From positions 10,957 to 74,956 of the forward strand of contig JAVCDE010000033.1 of assembly GCA_030765185.1 (NCBI GenBank): a stretch of DNA of 64,000 nucleotides, read 5' to 3'. The position numbers and the translations under genes were made by a program. The notes beneath the pieces are model-generated. The model worked only from the letters and a program-made list of their open reading frames with translations, was not told the DNA's origin and made no database searches. Below are positions 29,233-37,799 of the stretch, in pieces. The first letter of the stretch is position 1. Each line of letters begins with the position of its first letter. Source of the stretch: Candidatus Aceula meridiana (GTDB lineage Bacteria > Omnitrophota > Gorgyraeia > Zapsychrales > Aceulaceae).

Positions 29233-30782
29233 TTTAGGAGATTCTGAGCTTGCTGAATTTTCAAAACAAAACACCCTGTTAAAAAAACAATAGGATTAAT
29301 AACAGCAATGGCAATAAGTTTTAAGATTTCAGATTCTAGAGGAAGAGCTTTCCATGTACTTAAGGCCACCGCCCCCATGAGGGTCGCTGCCAAAAGAATT
29401 TTTAGGCCATAAAGCATAAGCCCTTGGTCAAAACCCTTTAGGCGACGGTTCAAAATAAAAAAAAGCACAACAAAATCAACCGTTGCTGAAATTGAAGAGG
29501 CTAAGGCAATGCCGCCTATTTTAAGCGGCCCCATCAAAATAAGATTTAAAAAGACATTAAGAACCAAACATGCACCGGCAACTTTTGCTGGTGTTGCCGT
29601 ATCCTGCAATGCATGAAAAGACGTTACCATAATTTTAATTCCCGCAAAACAAAACAACCCAAGAGCATAAAACGAAAGTGCCCATGAAGTAATCGACGTT
29701 GAATAAGCGCTAAATTCACCTCGCTCAAATAAAACACGAATAATGGGTGTCGAGAACAAAACAAGAAAAACACTCATCGGCAACATAATAAGCATCAAAC
29801 TTTTTAAAGCAAAAATAAACGTCCGTTTAAATTCCTGCATATCATTGCGCGCCGCAAAAGCCGATAACGTCGGCAATGTTGCCGAAGCCAACGCAATGCC
29901 AAAAAGCCCCATAGGAAATTGTAAAATACGATTAGAATAATAAATCGCAGAAATGCCTCCTAGGCCTACCGCAAACGCAAGCGATGCACAAAAGGTGTCT
30001 ACAAAAACGGTCAGCTGATAAACAGCCGAACCAAATAACCGCGGCAAAAGCAGGCGTCCGACTTTTTTTGCCCCGGGATGATTAAGTGTTTTTGGCAAGC
30101 GGAAACGTACCCCTTTTCTAAAAATAGGAAGCGCCTGGGCCAAAAGCTGTAAAACGCCGCCAACAAGAACGCCGACAGCTAAGAAAAGCACAAGGTCTTT
30201 GCCAAAAGCCACAGCCAAGAGAGCGCTGGCAATAACAGCAATATTCAAAAAACACGGGCCTAAAGCCGGAACAATAAAAGAACGAAACGTATAAAGAATT
30301 CCCATCCCATAGGCTGTTAATCCAATAAAGATTAAATAGGGAAACATCAAACGCGTTAACCGGATGGTTAACGCAAGTTTTTCAGGTTCGACAATAAAAC
30401 CAGGGGCAATAATTCGGACAATTAAAGGAGAAAAAATAATACCTAAAATCGTTAAAAGACTTAAAACCATCAACGCCAATATAAAAACAACGCTTAAAAA
30501 ACGCCATAATTTTAGCTTATCGTCTTGGTGGGCATATTCGGAAATAACAGGGACAACCGAAGAATTCATCGCCCCTTCTCCCACAACATCTCTTAAAAGA
30601 TTGGGAATTCGAAAAGCTACGAAAAAAGCATCCGCCTGAAAAGTTGTTCCTAGAAATTTAGCCAAAATAACATCACGAATAAACCCTAAAACACGTGACC
30701 CAAGAGTCCCTAAAGACAAAACAGATGTCGAGCGGGTTAGGCCGTGGTTTGTATCATGAGTAGAATATTTATTAGTTGACAT
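29211..30782 (-). CDS. murJ: Lipid II flippase MurJ (MviN)
   Basis: 523 aa with 14 predicted TM segments. N-terminal GTLGSRVLGFIRDVILAKFLGTTFQADAFFVAFRIPNLLR is the MurJ signature. Confidence 0.85.
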   Translation of the reverse strand: MSTNKYSTHDTNHGLTRSTSVLSLGTLGSRVLGFIRDVILAKFLGTTFQADAFFVAFRIPNLLRDVVGEGAMNSSVVPVISEYAHQDDKLKLWRFLSVVFILALMVLSLLTILGIIFSPLIVRIIAPGFIVEPEKLALTIRLTRLMFPYLIFIGLTAYGMGILYTFRSFIVPALGPCFLNIAVIASALLAVAFGKDLVLFLAVGVLVGGVLQLLAQALPIFRKGVRFRLPKTLNHPGAKKVGRLLLPRLFGSAVYQLTVFVDTFCASLAFAVGLGGISAIYYSNRILQFPMGLFGIALASATLPTLSAFAARNDMQEFKRTFIFALKSLMLIMLPMSVFLVLFSTPIIRVLFERGEFSAYSTSITSWALSFYALGLFCFAGIKIMVTSFHALQDTATPAKVAGACLVLNVFLNLILMGPLKIGGIALASSISATVDFVVLFFILNRRLKGFDQGLMLYGLKILLAATLMGAVALSTWKALPLESEILKLIAIAVINPIVFLTGCFVLKIQQAQNLLKWISRKP

Positions 30783-30831
30783 CGTAAGCTCTCTTTGCTA
30801 TATTATGTCCCTTAAGAAAGGAATTACTTTT

Positions 30832-31095
30832 ATGCCACAAAGACGTTCAGGCATCCAAGAATTACGTTTAAGCAGAAAAAAACACCTGCACAATCTGGAT
30901 ATTAAAACAGCCCTCAAGAAAACGGTCAAAAAGTTTCGCTTAGCTGTTGAATCCAAAGATGCGAAAGAGGCCAAAACCCTTCTGGCTACTGTCTTTAAGA
31001 AAATTGATAAAGCAGCCAAGCGTAATCTCTTAAACGATAATACTGCCTCCCGAAGAAAATCTTCTTTTAGCAAGCTCTTAAAGAACATAGCTTAA
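30832..31095 (+). CDS. rpsT: 30S ribosomal protein S20
   Basis: MPQRRSGIQELRLSRKKHLHNLDIKTALKK..., basic and alpha-helical, 87 aa. AAGAAAGGAA RBS. It is the only clearly plus-strand conserved gene in the window. Confidence 0.8.
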   Translation: MPQRRSGIQELRLSRKKHLHNLDIKTALKKTVKKFRLAVESKDAKEAKTLLATVFKKIDKAAKRNLLNDNTASRRKSSFSKLLKNIA

Positions 31096-31720
31096 TCACT
31101 AAAACCTCAAGTGTATAATCAGAACGCAGACGGCTTCGCTTAATGTTAAAGTCTGCCTCTCGAAGGTCTAAAAGACCCTGCTTAAAATTCTCTGAAGATA
31201 GGCGAGGCCTATTCTTTTTCCACTCCCACAAAATACCTCCCATTAGTTGCAAAGGATAAGTTCCATCATCTAAAAGCTGCGCAAGTGTTTTTAAGGCATC
31301 TATTTTTTTATTCTTTGAAATCGCCCTTGTTAAATCAAAAACTCCAAGCTTTCGCTCATCTTCAAAATGAAGAACTTTAATCTGTTTTGCAAATTTCTTT
31401 TTAAGAGCCCCTCCGGCCTTCGCCGTCTCGGCATCTAAAATAATAACAAGAAAGTCCTTAACATCATCGATAATCAATGCGATAAGATTTTTATTTTCTA
31501 TTGTTAATTTATCTGCCTGTCGGATGATAACAAGCCTTTTTTTGGAAAGACTAGGCAAGGTAATAAGAGATTTCTTTAGAGTTGCGTTGTCTAATTTTGG
31601 ACCATGGAGAGTTTGACAATCGAAGGAAACAGCTTCGCGAGAAGGAAAAATTTTAGCCTTAATTTCAGCAATCTTTTTTTCTTTAATCTGATTATCTAAT
31701 CCACAGAGAAGATAAATCAT
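31067..31720 (-). CDS. holA: DNA polymerase III delta-subunit-like protein (short HolA)
   Basis: N-terminal IYLLCGLD motif and a C-terminal helical domain (...TLEVLVIKLCSL) resemble HolA domains I and III. It lies next to an LptE-like gene, as in the conserved leuS-lptE-holA synteny, but is only 217 aa. Confidence 0.45.
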   Translation of the reverse strand: MIYLLCGLDNQIKEKKIAEIKAKIFPSREAVSFDCQTLHGPKLDNATLKKSLITLPSLSKKRLVIIRQADKLTIENKNLIALIIDDVKDFLVIILDAETAKAGGALKKKFAKQIKVLHFEDERKLGVFDLTRAISKNKKIDALKTLAQLLDDGTYPLQLMGGILWEWKKNRPRLSSENFKQGLLDLREADFNIKRSRLRSDYTLEVLVIKLCSLRAC

Positions 31721-31725
31721 TTAAT

Positions 31726-32265
31726 CTACCAATCTTCAATAGTGCGATCAACGATGCGCTTGGCAAGGTCTTTAATAGCTTCATCAATAGCGGCGCCTTC
31801 AGATTTAGCATTTGAGCCTGTTAAGAAATATGTCGCATCTCCAGAAAAATTCGGCTCAACCCAGACGTTTTCCTCTTCTACAGAATCAAAAAGAACAAGT
31901 GAAACAGTAATGCGAATACGGTATTCTTCAGCATCATCGTTATCGTCACGACGCAAAACATCGCGCTGATAATTCAGCAATTTTCCTTTAAGAATAAGGT
32001 CCGCATTTCCCTCTTTAGCAATTTTAAGGTTTCCATCAAAAATAAAACGGTTAGTTACCGCATTGGAAACTTTGACCTCCATTAAGGGAATGTAAAGACT
32101 TTTTTGCCTCCGCTCAGAACTATAATCTACGGTATTCTCGATCGGAGCAACATAAATTGTGTCTTTAGAGCTGAGATAGGGTGAAAGTGTGCGAACTGAA
32201 TAGCCGCATCCAGATACTGTCACTAGTAAGAAAAAGGAGATAATCCCAAAAAAGACTTTTTTCAT
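31726..32265 (-). CDS. LptE-like outer-membrane lipoprotein
   Basis: Lipobox VSGCGY, about 160-aa beta-rich body, and a position immediately upstream of the holA-like gene. Confidence 0.4.
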   Translation of the reverse strand: MKKVFFGIISFFLLVTVSGCGYSVRTLSPYLSSKDTIYVAPIENTVDYSSERRQKSLYIPLMEVKVSNAVTNRFIFDGNLKIAKEGNADLILKGKLLNYQRDVLRRDDNDDAEEYRIRITVSLVLFDSVEEENVWVEPNFSGDATYFLTGSNAKSEGAAIDEAIKDLAKRIVDRTIEDW

Positions 32266-33257
32266 TTCTTTTCTTTTTGAATTTTCTTATCAATATTCGA
32301 AATTTCTTTTGAAGCTTTTTCTGCCCAGGAACTGCCCGGATAACTATCAACAACGCCGGCGTAATAAATTCTTGCCGCCTCATATTTCTTTTGCTTTTGA
32401 TAAAATTTGCCAATAAGAAAATTATTTTCTGCTTCTTTTTCCTGCAAAAGAGAAATTTCTTCTTTAGCCTTTTTAGAAAGCTCCGCGTCAGGATAAACAG
32501 CAACAAATTCTTCAAATTCTTCAACGGCAGAACGCGTAATCTTCTGATCGTATTCAGCTCCAGCGGAGCGGGCAGCATCAACCACAGCAATTTGATATTT
32601 AGCGGGCTTAACCCATTCGCTATCAGGATAATCATTAATAACTTTATCAAGCTCATCGCGGGCCTCTTGATACATTCTCTTTTCCATCAAATAAAGGCCG
32701 ATTTTATATTGAGATACAGCCGCATACTGGCCGTAAGGAGCATTCTTGATAACAGTGCGGAAAACATCAATTACGTCGTATTCTGCACCGATAATGGTTT
32801 GAACAACTTTATTTTTCTCAGGATGTTTGAGAAGCTTCTCGCCAATTTTATACTGACGCTCAACAACTTCAGGAGCAAGATCACTAAAAGGATACTTTGC
32901 GATAATTTTTTGATATGCCTCAAAAGCCTTATGCTGCTGGTCGAGGCCTTCACGGCATTCCCCGATATAAAGCTGAGCTTTAGGGGCCTCACGGGATTTC
33001 GGGTAATGTTTAATGAGCTTTTGAAACTCATTCATAGCCTTCTTATATTCCTTTTGATCAAGAAGCTCTTTTCCAAATTCAAGCTGTTCTTGCGGGGTAT
33101 CTTTGACTGCATATTTCGGATTAACCCACTTATTTGTTTCTGGAGTCCACATCCAAAAAGCGGAGGCCTCGGATGTGCCTAATATAAGTATACTAAGAAT
33201 TATAATAATTATTCTTTTCATGTCGTTCAATGTAGCATAGTTGACTATAAATGTCAA
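32262..33257 (-). CDS. Secreted TPR-repeat protein (BamD/YbgF-like)
   Basis: Signal peptide plus at least 6 TPR-like repeats (YKKAMNEFQKLIKHYPKS, AFEAYQKIIAKYPFSD, ARDELDKVINDYPDSE, YEAARIYYAGVVDSYPGSSWA). Confidence 0.55.
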   Translation of the reverse strand: MTFIVNYATLNDMKRIIIIILSILILGTSEASAFWMWTPETNKWVNPKYAVKDTPQEQLEFGKELLDQKEYKKAMNEFQKLIKHYPKSREAPKAQLYIGECREGLDQQHKAFEAYQKIIAKYPFSDLAPEVVERQYKIGEKLLKHPEKNKVVQTIIGAEYDVIDVFRTVIKNAPYGQYAAVSQYKIGLYLMEKRMYQEARDELDKVINDYPDSEWVKPAKYQIAVVDAARSAGAEYDQKITRSAVEEFEEFVAVYPDAELSKKAKEEISLLQEKEAENNFLIGKFYQKQKKYEAARIYYAGVVDSYPGSSWAEKASKEISNIDKKIQKEKK

Positions 33258-33287
33258 ATGAGGTCTAACAATTCAAGAATCTTTTAC

Positions 33288-33968
33288 CTATATAATAGAA
33301 AAAATCACTTTCACTCCAAAGGCCACAAGAATAAGTCCGCAAATTACCTGAAAAATAAACTTTATTTTGTCATTCTTGGAGAAAATATCTGAAAATTTCC
33401 CCGAAAACATAATTAGAAGAATAATAGGAGAAAAGACTGTTCCCAGGCCAAAAACAAGTGTTAGAAAAATCGCTTGTAGCGGATTTTGCGCAATCAAAAT
33501 AATATAATTAAGAATTCCTAAAAGTGGCAAGCACGGTGAAAGCCCCACCAAAAAACCTAAAACTCCCACATTGCGTACATGCCCAAAATTCACAAGAGCG
33601 CATAGTTTTCCAAATCTCTTATAACCAGGCATGAGGGTTGTTGCGCCAATCAAAACAATAAAAATGCCTAAGACAAGATAAATAATTTGCGAATAAGCTG
33701 CCAGCGTCTCTGTTGCTATCAGATTTGTGATGCCGGCGCATACGAGGCCTAAAAGACCGTACGCCAAAAGTTTAAATAAAGAAAAGACGGCATATGACGC
33801 GATTGATTTTCGCAAGCTGGCCTTTTGCGCAATTGTATAGCTGATGAGAACAGGCGCGCAAAAACTTAAACACGGGCCTGATCCTAAAATGAGCCCTGCG
33901 GTAAATAAATAATATAGATTTTCTTTCATATCTTGTGTAGGATAATATAAAAATAAAAGGATGTCCAT
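33288..33968 (-). CDS. Polytopic membrane protein with two conserved Cys motifs (DsbD/CcdA-like transmembrane fold?)
   Basis: GSGPCLSFCAPVL in TM1 and GLSPCLPLLG in a later TM helix, which is reminiscent of the CcdA/DsbD_2 SPC-LP motif. Six TM segments. Confidence 0.35.
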   Translation of the reverse strand: MDILLFLYYPTQDMKENLYYLFTAGLILGSGPCLSFCAPVLISYTIAQKASLRKSIASYAVFSLFKLLAYGLLGLVCAGITNLIATETLAAYSQIIYLVLGIFIVLIGATTLMPGYKRFGKLCALVNFGHVRNVGVLGFLVGLSPCLPLLGILNYIILIAQNPLQAIFLTLVFGLGTVFSPIILLIMFSGKFSDIFSKNDKIKFIFQVICGLILVAFGVKVIFSII

Positions 33969-36039
33969 GATAAGATTTGTTGCCCTCGGATTTATTAGCG
34001 CACTTTTTCAGCTTGTCCTTTTGAGAGAATTTACCTTCTCGATTGCCAAGAATGAACTCTCTCTTGTCGTTGCCATCGGCGTCTGGCTAATTGTCTGCTC
34101 CCTCGGAGGTTTAATAAGCCTTAAAAAAAGATTTTTCAAAACAAGCCTGCTCCCTAGCCTTTTAACACTTTTCTTTTGTTTTAGCGTTTTAGGGATTCAT
34201 CTTGCCAAAAGCGTTATCAGCCTAAACTATTACGAAAGCTCCTCTCTTTTATTTGCTCTTATCTGTGCAATTCTTTTTATCGCCCCGCAAGGCTTTCTTG
34301 TTGGTCATGCCTTTGGAAGCCTTTGCCATGTTTCGTTGAAAACTAAAAAGAATACAGAAAGGCGTTCGGCGCAATTTTTTAGCCTTGAAGCCTTAGGAAT
34401 TTTCTTAGGTGGCATTACTTTTACCTTCTTGTTGTCTCGTTATACCAATCCTTTTGTTTTTGCTTTTTGGCCTTTGATTTTCATCCCTTTAGAAAAATGC
34501 AAACGCACCAAAATGGCAATAACTATTTTTATTGGAATTTTGAGCTCCATGTTCTTTTTCTCCTACCCGACTATCTTAAAAAAAGAATTTAATGACGCTC
34601 GCATCTTGGCTGTTCAAGGCAATCCATATGGACCTGTTATTCTTGCAGAAAAAAACGCTGTTATAAGCCTATACATCAACGGGTCTCTGGCGCAAACTAG
34701 CGAGGATAAAGCATTTGAAGAAGAATTTGTCCACACAGCCTTTTCTTCTATAAAAAAACACGAAGATATTCTTCTCATCGGAAGATTTGCGCAAGGCTAT
34801 ATTGAAGAGATTCAAAAATATTCTGTTAAGCAAATAAAATCTGTTTGGGTTAATCCTGCCAAAACAGATATTCCTGCCATAGCCAACGACCCTGTGCGGT
34901 ATCTTCAAAGAACAAGCGAGAAATACGACTTAATTTTAATGAATATTCCGCCACCTTCAAGCCTATCGCTGAATCGTTTCTTTACGTCAGAGTTCTTTCT
35001 CCTTGTCAAAGACCGTCTTTCAGAAGGCGGGGTTTTCTGCTTCTCGATTCCTTCCAGGCGTGATATTTTGAGCCCAGCTTTTCGAAATTTTGATAGCAGC
35101 ATTATCAATACCTTAAATAAAATCTTCCCTCATTATCTTGCAATTCCCTCAGACCATATGATGATTTTAGCGCGAAAATACGAGCCCCTAGATTCTTCCC
35201 TTCTCCTTGAGAATTTTAAAGCTCACAACAAAAAAACATCCTTTTTTACTTTTTACCACTTAAAAGACAACCTTGATTCGTCACGAATAAACTTTATTGA
35301 AGATTCCTTCGGTCCCAAACCTAATCTCAATAAGAATTTTAAACCCTTCGGTTTTCTTAACTATCTGATCCTTGAACAAAAAAAGTTTTATCCGAGGCTT
35401 TCCGTTAACATAGGGGCCTTGCAAGAAATAATTCCTATAGGTTTTGTCCTCGCCATCTTATTAATAAGCTTAATAAGTGTCTTTTTCAAAAAAACCAATA
35501 CTCTCCTGCACGCTGGATGCTTAGGATTTTTATCCATTGCGGCCTCGTTGACAATTTATATTAGTTTTCAAATTATCTCAGGTGCTCTCTTCTGGAAGTT
35601 GGGGCTTTTGATGGGAATTTTTATGGCAGGATTGAGTTTGTCGAGTTATCTACAAAGTGTCCACATGAAAAGAATTTGTCCAAGCCAAAAACAACTTAGT
35701 CTTCTTTATCTCTTATGGCTAGGTGTTTTTGGGATTCTTCTTTTTACGATTAAGTCATACCTCTTAATTCCTGAAATTGAATGGGCCTTACTTGTCCTCT
35801 CTTTTCTTTCTGGAGGCTTAACAGGATTAGGATATCCTCTTTTAATTACAATGCTTGCAGACGAAAATAAAGGATTAGAAAAAATTCCTGTCTCGATTTA
35901 TGCAGCAGATCTCATCGGCGCATTCTTAGGAACCGCTTGTTTTTCCGTCTTCTTTATTCCGTTCTTAGGGGTAAGCACTTCAATTGTCTTGGCAGGAGCT
36001 TTAATTATGATTTTTGGCCTTAAGAGCTTATTCCGCTAA
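33961..36039 (+). CDS. Fused polytopic membrane domain / spermidine synthase-like aminopropyltransferase
   Basis: 692 aa. The central soluble region has an aminopropyltransferase-like fold (YDLILMNIPPPSS...FFTSEFFLLVKDRLSEGGVF) flanked by many TM helices. Its start overlaps the divergent gene by 8 nt, and its TAA stop overlaps the stop of the convergent radical SAM gene. Confidence 0.5.
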   Translation: MSMIRFVALGFISALFQLVLLREFTFSIAKNELSLVVAIGVWLIVCSLGGLISLKKRFFKTSLLPSLLTLFFCFSVLGIHLAKSVISLNYYESSSLLFALICAILFIAPQGFLVGHAFGSLCHVSLKTKKNTERRSAQFFSLEALGIFLGGITFTFLLSRYTNPFVFAFWPLIFIPLEKCKRTKMAITIFIGILSSMFFFSYPTILKKEFNDARILAVQGNPYGPVILAEKNAVISLYINGSLAQTSEDKAFEEEFVHTAFSSIKKHEDILLIGRFAQGYIEEIQKYSVKQIKSVWVNPAKTDIPAIANDPVRYLQRTSEKYDLILMNIPPPSSLSLNRFFTSEFFLLVKDRLSEGGVFCFSIPSRRDILSPAFRNFDSSIINTLNKIFPHYLAIPSDHMMILARKYEPLDSSLLLENFKAHNKKTSFFTFYHLKDNLDSSRINFIEDSFGPKPNLNKNFKPFGFLNYLILEQKKFYPRLSVNIGALQEIIPIGFVLAILLISLISVFFKKTNTLLHAGCLGFLSIAASLTIYISFQIISGALFWKLGLLMGIFMAGLSLSSYLQSVHMKRICPSQKQLSLLYLLWLGVFGILLFTIKSYLLIPEIEWALLVLSFLSGGLTGLGYPLLITMLADENKGLEKIPVSIYAADLIGAFLGTACFSVFFIPFLGVSTSIVLAGALIMIFGLKSLFR

Positions 36040-37184
36040 TCCCACACACCTGGGACAGCGTATCCGCAGAACCTACATTTTCCATTGACAATATTATTCT
36101 CTAAAAGGTTATAGCCAATGCGTTTTAAAAGTATTTTACCGCAAACAGGACAAATTGTCTGTTCTCCGGTTTGCTGCGGAATATTGCCAAGATAAATAAA
36201 CTGCAGGCCTTCTTCTTCGGCCACTCGCTGCGCCATCATCAAACTTGAAATTGGCGTCGGCGATAAATTAGCCAGCTTGTATAGAGGAAAGAATCGCGAA
36301 AAATGAATTGGCGTCTCTTTCCCCAAATTTTCTTTGACCCATCGGCAAAGTTTTCGCACCTCTTTTTCGCTGTCATTTACACCTGGGATTAAAAGGTTCG
36401 TAATCTCAACCCAAACACCTTCTTCTTTTAAAATCTTTAACGTTCGTAAAACAGTCTCCAGGCCCCCGTTTGTAAAAGTCGTATAAAACTTTTCGCTGAA
36501 TCCTTTGAGGTCAATGTTAGCAGCCTTGATATACGGAGCGATCTGACGAAGAGGCTCTTCGTTGATGTATCCCGCTGAATGCATGACGCAATCAATCCCT
36601 GCCGCTTTTGCCTCTTTAGCAACAGCAAGCATATATTCGAAAAAAATAGTAGGCTCGGTATACGTGAATGCTATGGTCTTGCATCCGGTGGCTTTGGTGC
36701 GCGCGATAATTTCCTTGGGAGGTACAAATTCAACATCAACTTTTTCTGCATCAGCTTGAGAAATTTCCCAGTTTTGGCAAAACTTACATCGCAGATTACA
36801 TCCAGCCGTTGCAATAGAAAAAGACCTTGTCCCCGGGTAAACATGAGCTAAGGGTTTCTTCTCAATCGGATCAGCGTGTAGAGCAACCGGACGGCCATAC
36901 GTCAGAGCATAGAGGGTACCGTTAATATTCTTACGGGCTCGACAAAACCCTGTCTCGCCTTTCTTTAAAACACATCGATGCGGACAAAGCTTACATGCGA
37001 CAACCTTATTGCCTAAGCTTTCCCAGAAAGACGCTCTCTTTAAGTTGACCTCTTGTGATTGCTGTTGCGTCTTTGTTTGCAGGCTTTCTTTTTTAAATTG
37101 TTGCGCGACCAAAATTGTCACCGCAACAGCAGAACAAAGAATTAAAACAAAAACTTTTGATAATATTTTTTTAGAATACTTCAT
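36036..37184 (-). CDS. AmmeMemoRadiSam-type (PflA-like) radical SAM enzyme with N-terminal TM anchor and C-terminal zinc ribbon
   Basis: Auxiliary Cys cluster CKLCPHRCVLKKGETGFC followed by GCNLRCKFCQNWEIS (CxxxCxxC). N-terminal hydrophobic helix, and an extra CPVCGK...CRFCGY ribbon at the C-terminus. Confidence 0.6.
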   Translation of the reverse strand: MKYSKKILSKVFVLILCSAVAVTILVAQQFKKESLQTKTQQQSQEVNLKRASFWESLGNKVVACKLCPHRCVLKKGETGFCRARKNINGTLYALTYGRPVALHADPIEKKPLAHVYPGTRSFSIATAGCNLRCKFCQNWEISQADAEKVDVEFVPPKEIIARTKATGCKTIAFTYTEPTIFFEYMLAVAKEAKAAGIDCVMHSAGYINEEPLRQIAPYIKAANIDLKGFSEKFYTTFTNGGLETVLRTLKILKEEGVWVEITNLLIPGVNDSEKEVRKLCRWVKENLGKETPIHFSRFFPLYKLANLSPTPISSLMMAQRVAEEEGLQFIYLGNIPQQTGEQTICPVCGKILLKRIGYNLLENNIVNGKCRFCGYAVPGVWD

Positions 37185-37187
37185 CTT

Positions 37188-37799
37188 CTAATCCATCCGC
37201 TTAAGTACATAATCTAAGATAACATCAGCCTGCTTAGCAGCAGCAATATTAACCCGTGCTGATAACGGCGGCGCGTCATTGCTGTCTGATTTTAAATCAC
37301 CAATGAGAAAAAATTTCTCTTTAATTTGATGAACCTTAATCTCATCACTATTTCCGACACCGGACAATCCAGATGCTGAAACAATAAATTTATCTGTCTC
37401 TAAGAAAGCTTCAGTGAGCAGGCTTTTGTATTCCGCACGGTCAAAAGCCTCAGCAACTACACCACAATCATTAAACAATTCTCTGATGTTTTCTCTTTCA
37501 ATTCTTTGAGTCAAAGCCGTTATTCCAACATTAGGATTAATGCGCTCCAAATTCTCTTTTAAGACCTCGACTTTATTTCTTCCTATTTGGTCGTAAAAAT
37601 AAAACTGCCTGTTTAGGTTTGAGAATTCAACCTTATCAAAATCTACGATACAAAATTTCTTAAAACCCATACGTGTTAAATTGAAAGCGCAGTTAGACCC
37701 TAGCCCTCCAGCCCCGGCAATGCCGATTTTGACCGACTGAACTTTATCAAAATTTTCTTTGCCAAGAATTCGACAGAGCTCTTGTTCGAATAAATTCAT
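37188..37799 (-). CDS. thiF: ThiF/MoeB-family sulfur-carrier adenylyltransferase
   Basis: GIAGAGGLGSNCAFNLTRMGFKKFCIVDFDKVEFSNLNRQ Rossmann/ATP motif. The start was set at MNLFEQ (37799), which makes a TAATG stop/start overlap with thiH. Confidence 0.75.
   Translation of the reverse strand: MNLFEQELCRILGKENFDKVQSVKIGIAGAGGLGSNCAFNLTRMGFKKFCIVDFDKVEFSNLNRQFYFYDQIGRNKVEVLKENLERINPNVGITALTQRIERENIRELFNDCGVVAEAFDRAEYKSLLTEAFLETDKFIVSASGLSGVGNSDEIKVHQIKEKFFLIGDLKSDSNDAPPLSARVNIAAAKQADVILDYVLKRMD

Noticed and set aside
30798-31088. 96-aa minus-strand ORF antisense to rpsT
   Set aside because: It mirrors the S20 gene. The S20 reading has clear family features and an RBS, and the antisense frame does not.
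32165-33182. ORFs 32165..32656 (-) and 32391..33182 (+) overlapping the TPR protein gene
   Set aside because: Low-complexity K/F/L-rich translations produced by an AT-rich TPR-coding region. The TPR frame has repeat-structure support.
36036-36039. Convergent genes sharing overlapping stop codons (TAA/TTA) as a possible annotation error
   Set aside because: Both ORFs have strong family support up to their last residues, so the 4-nt tail-to-tail overlap appears genuine.
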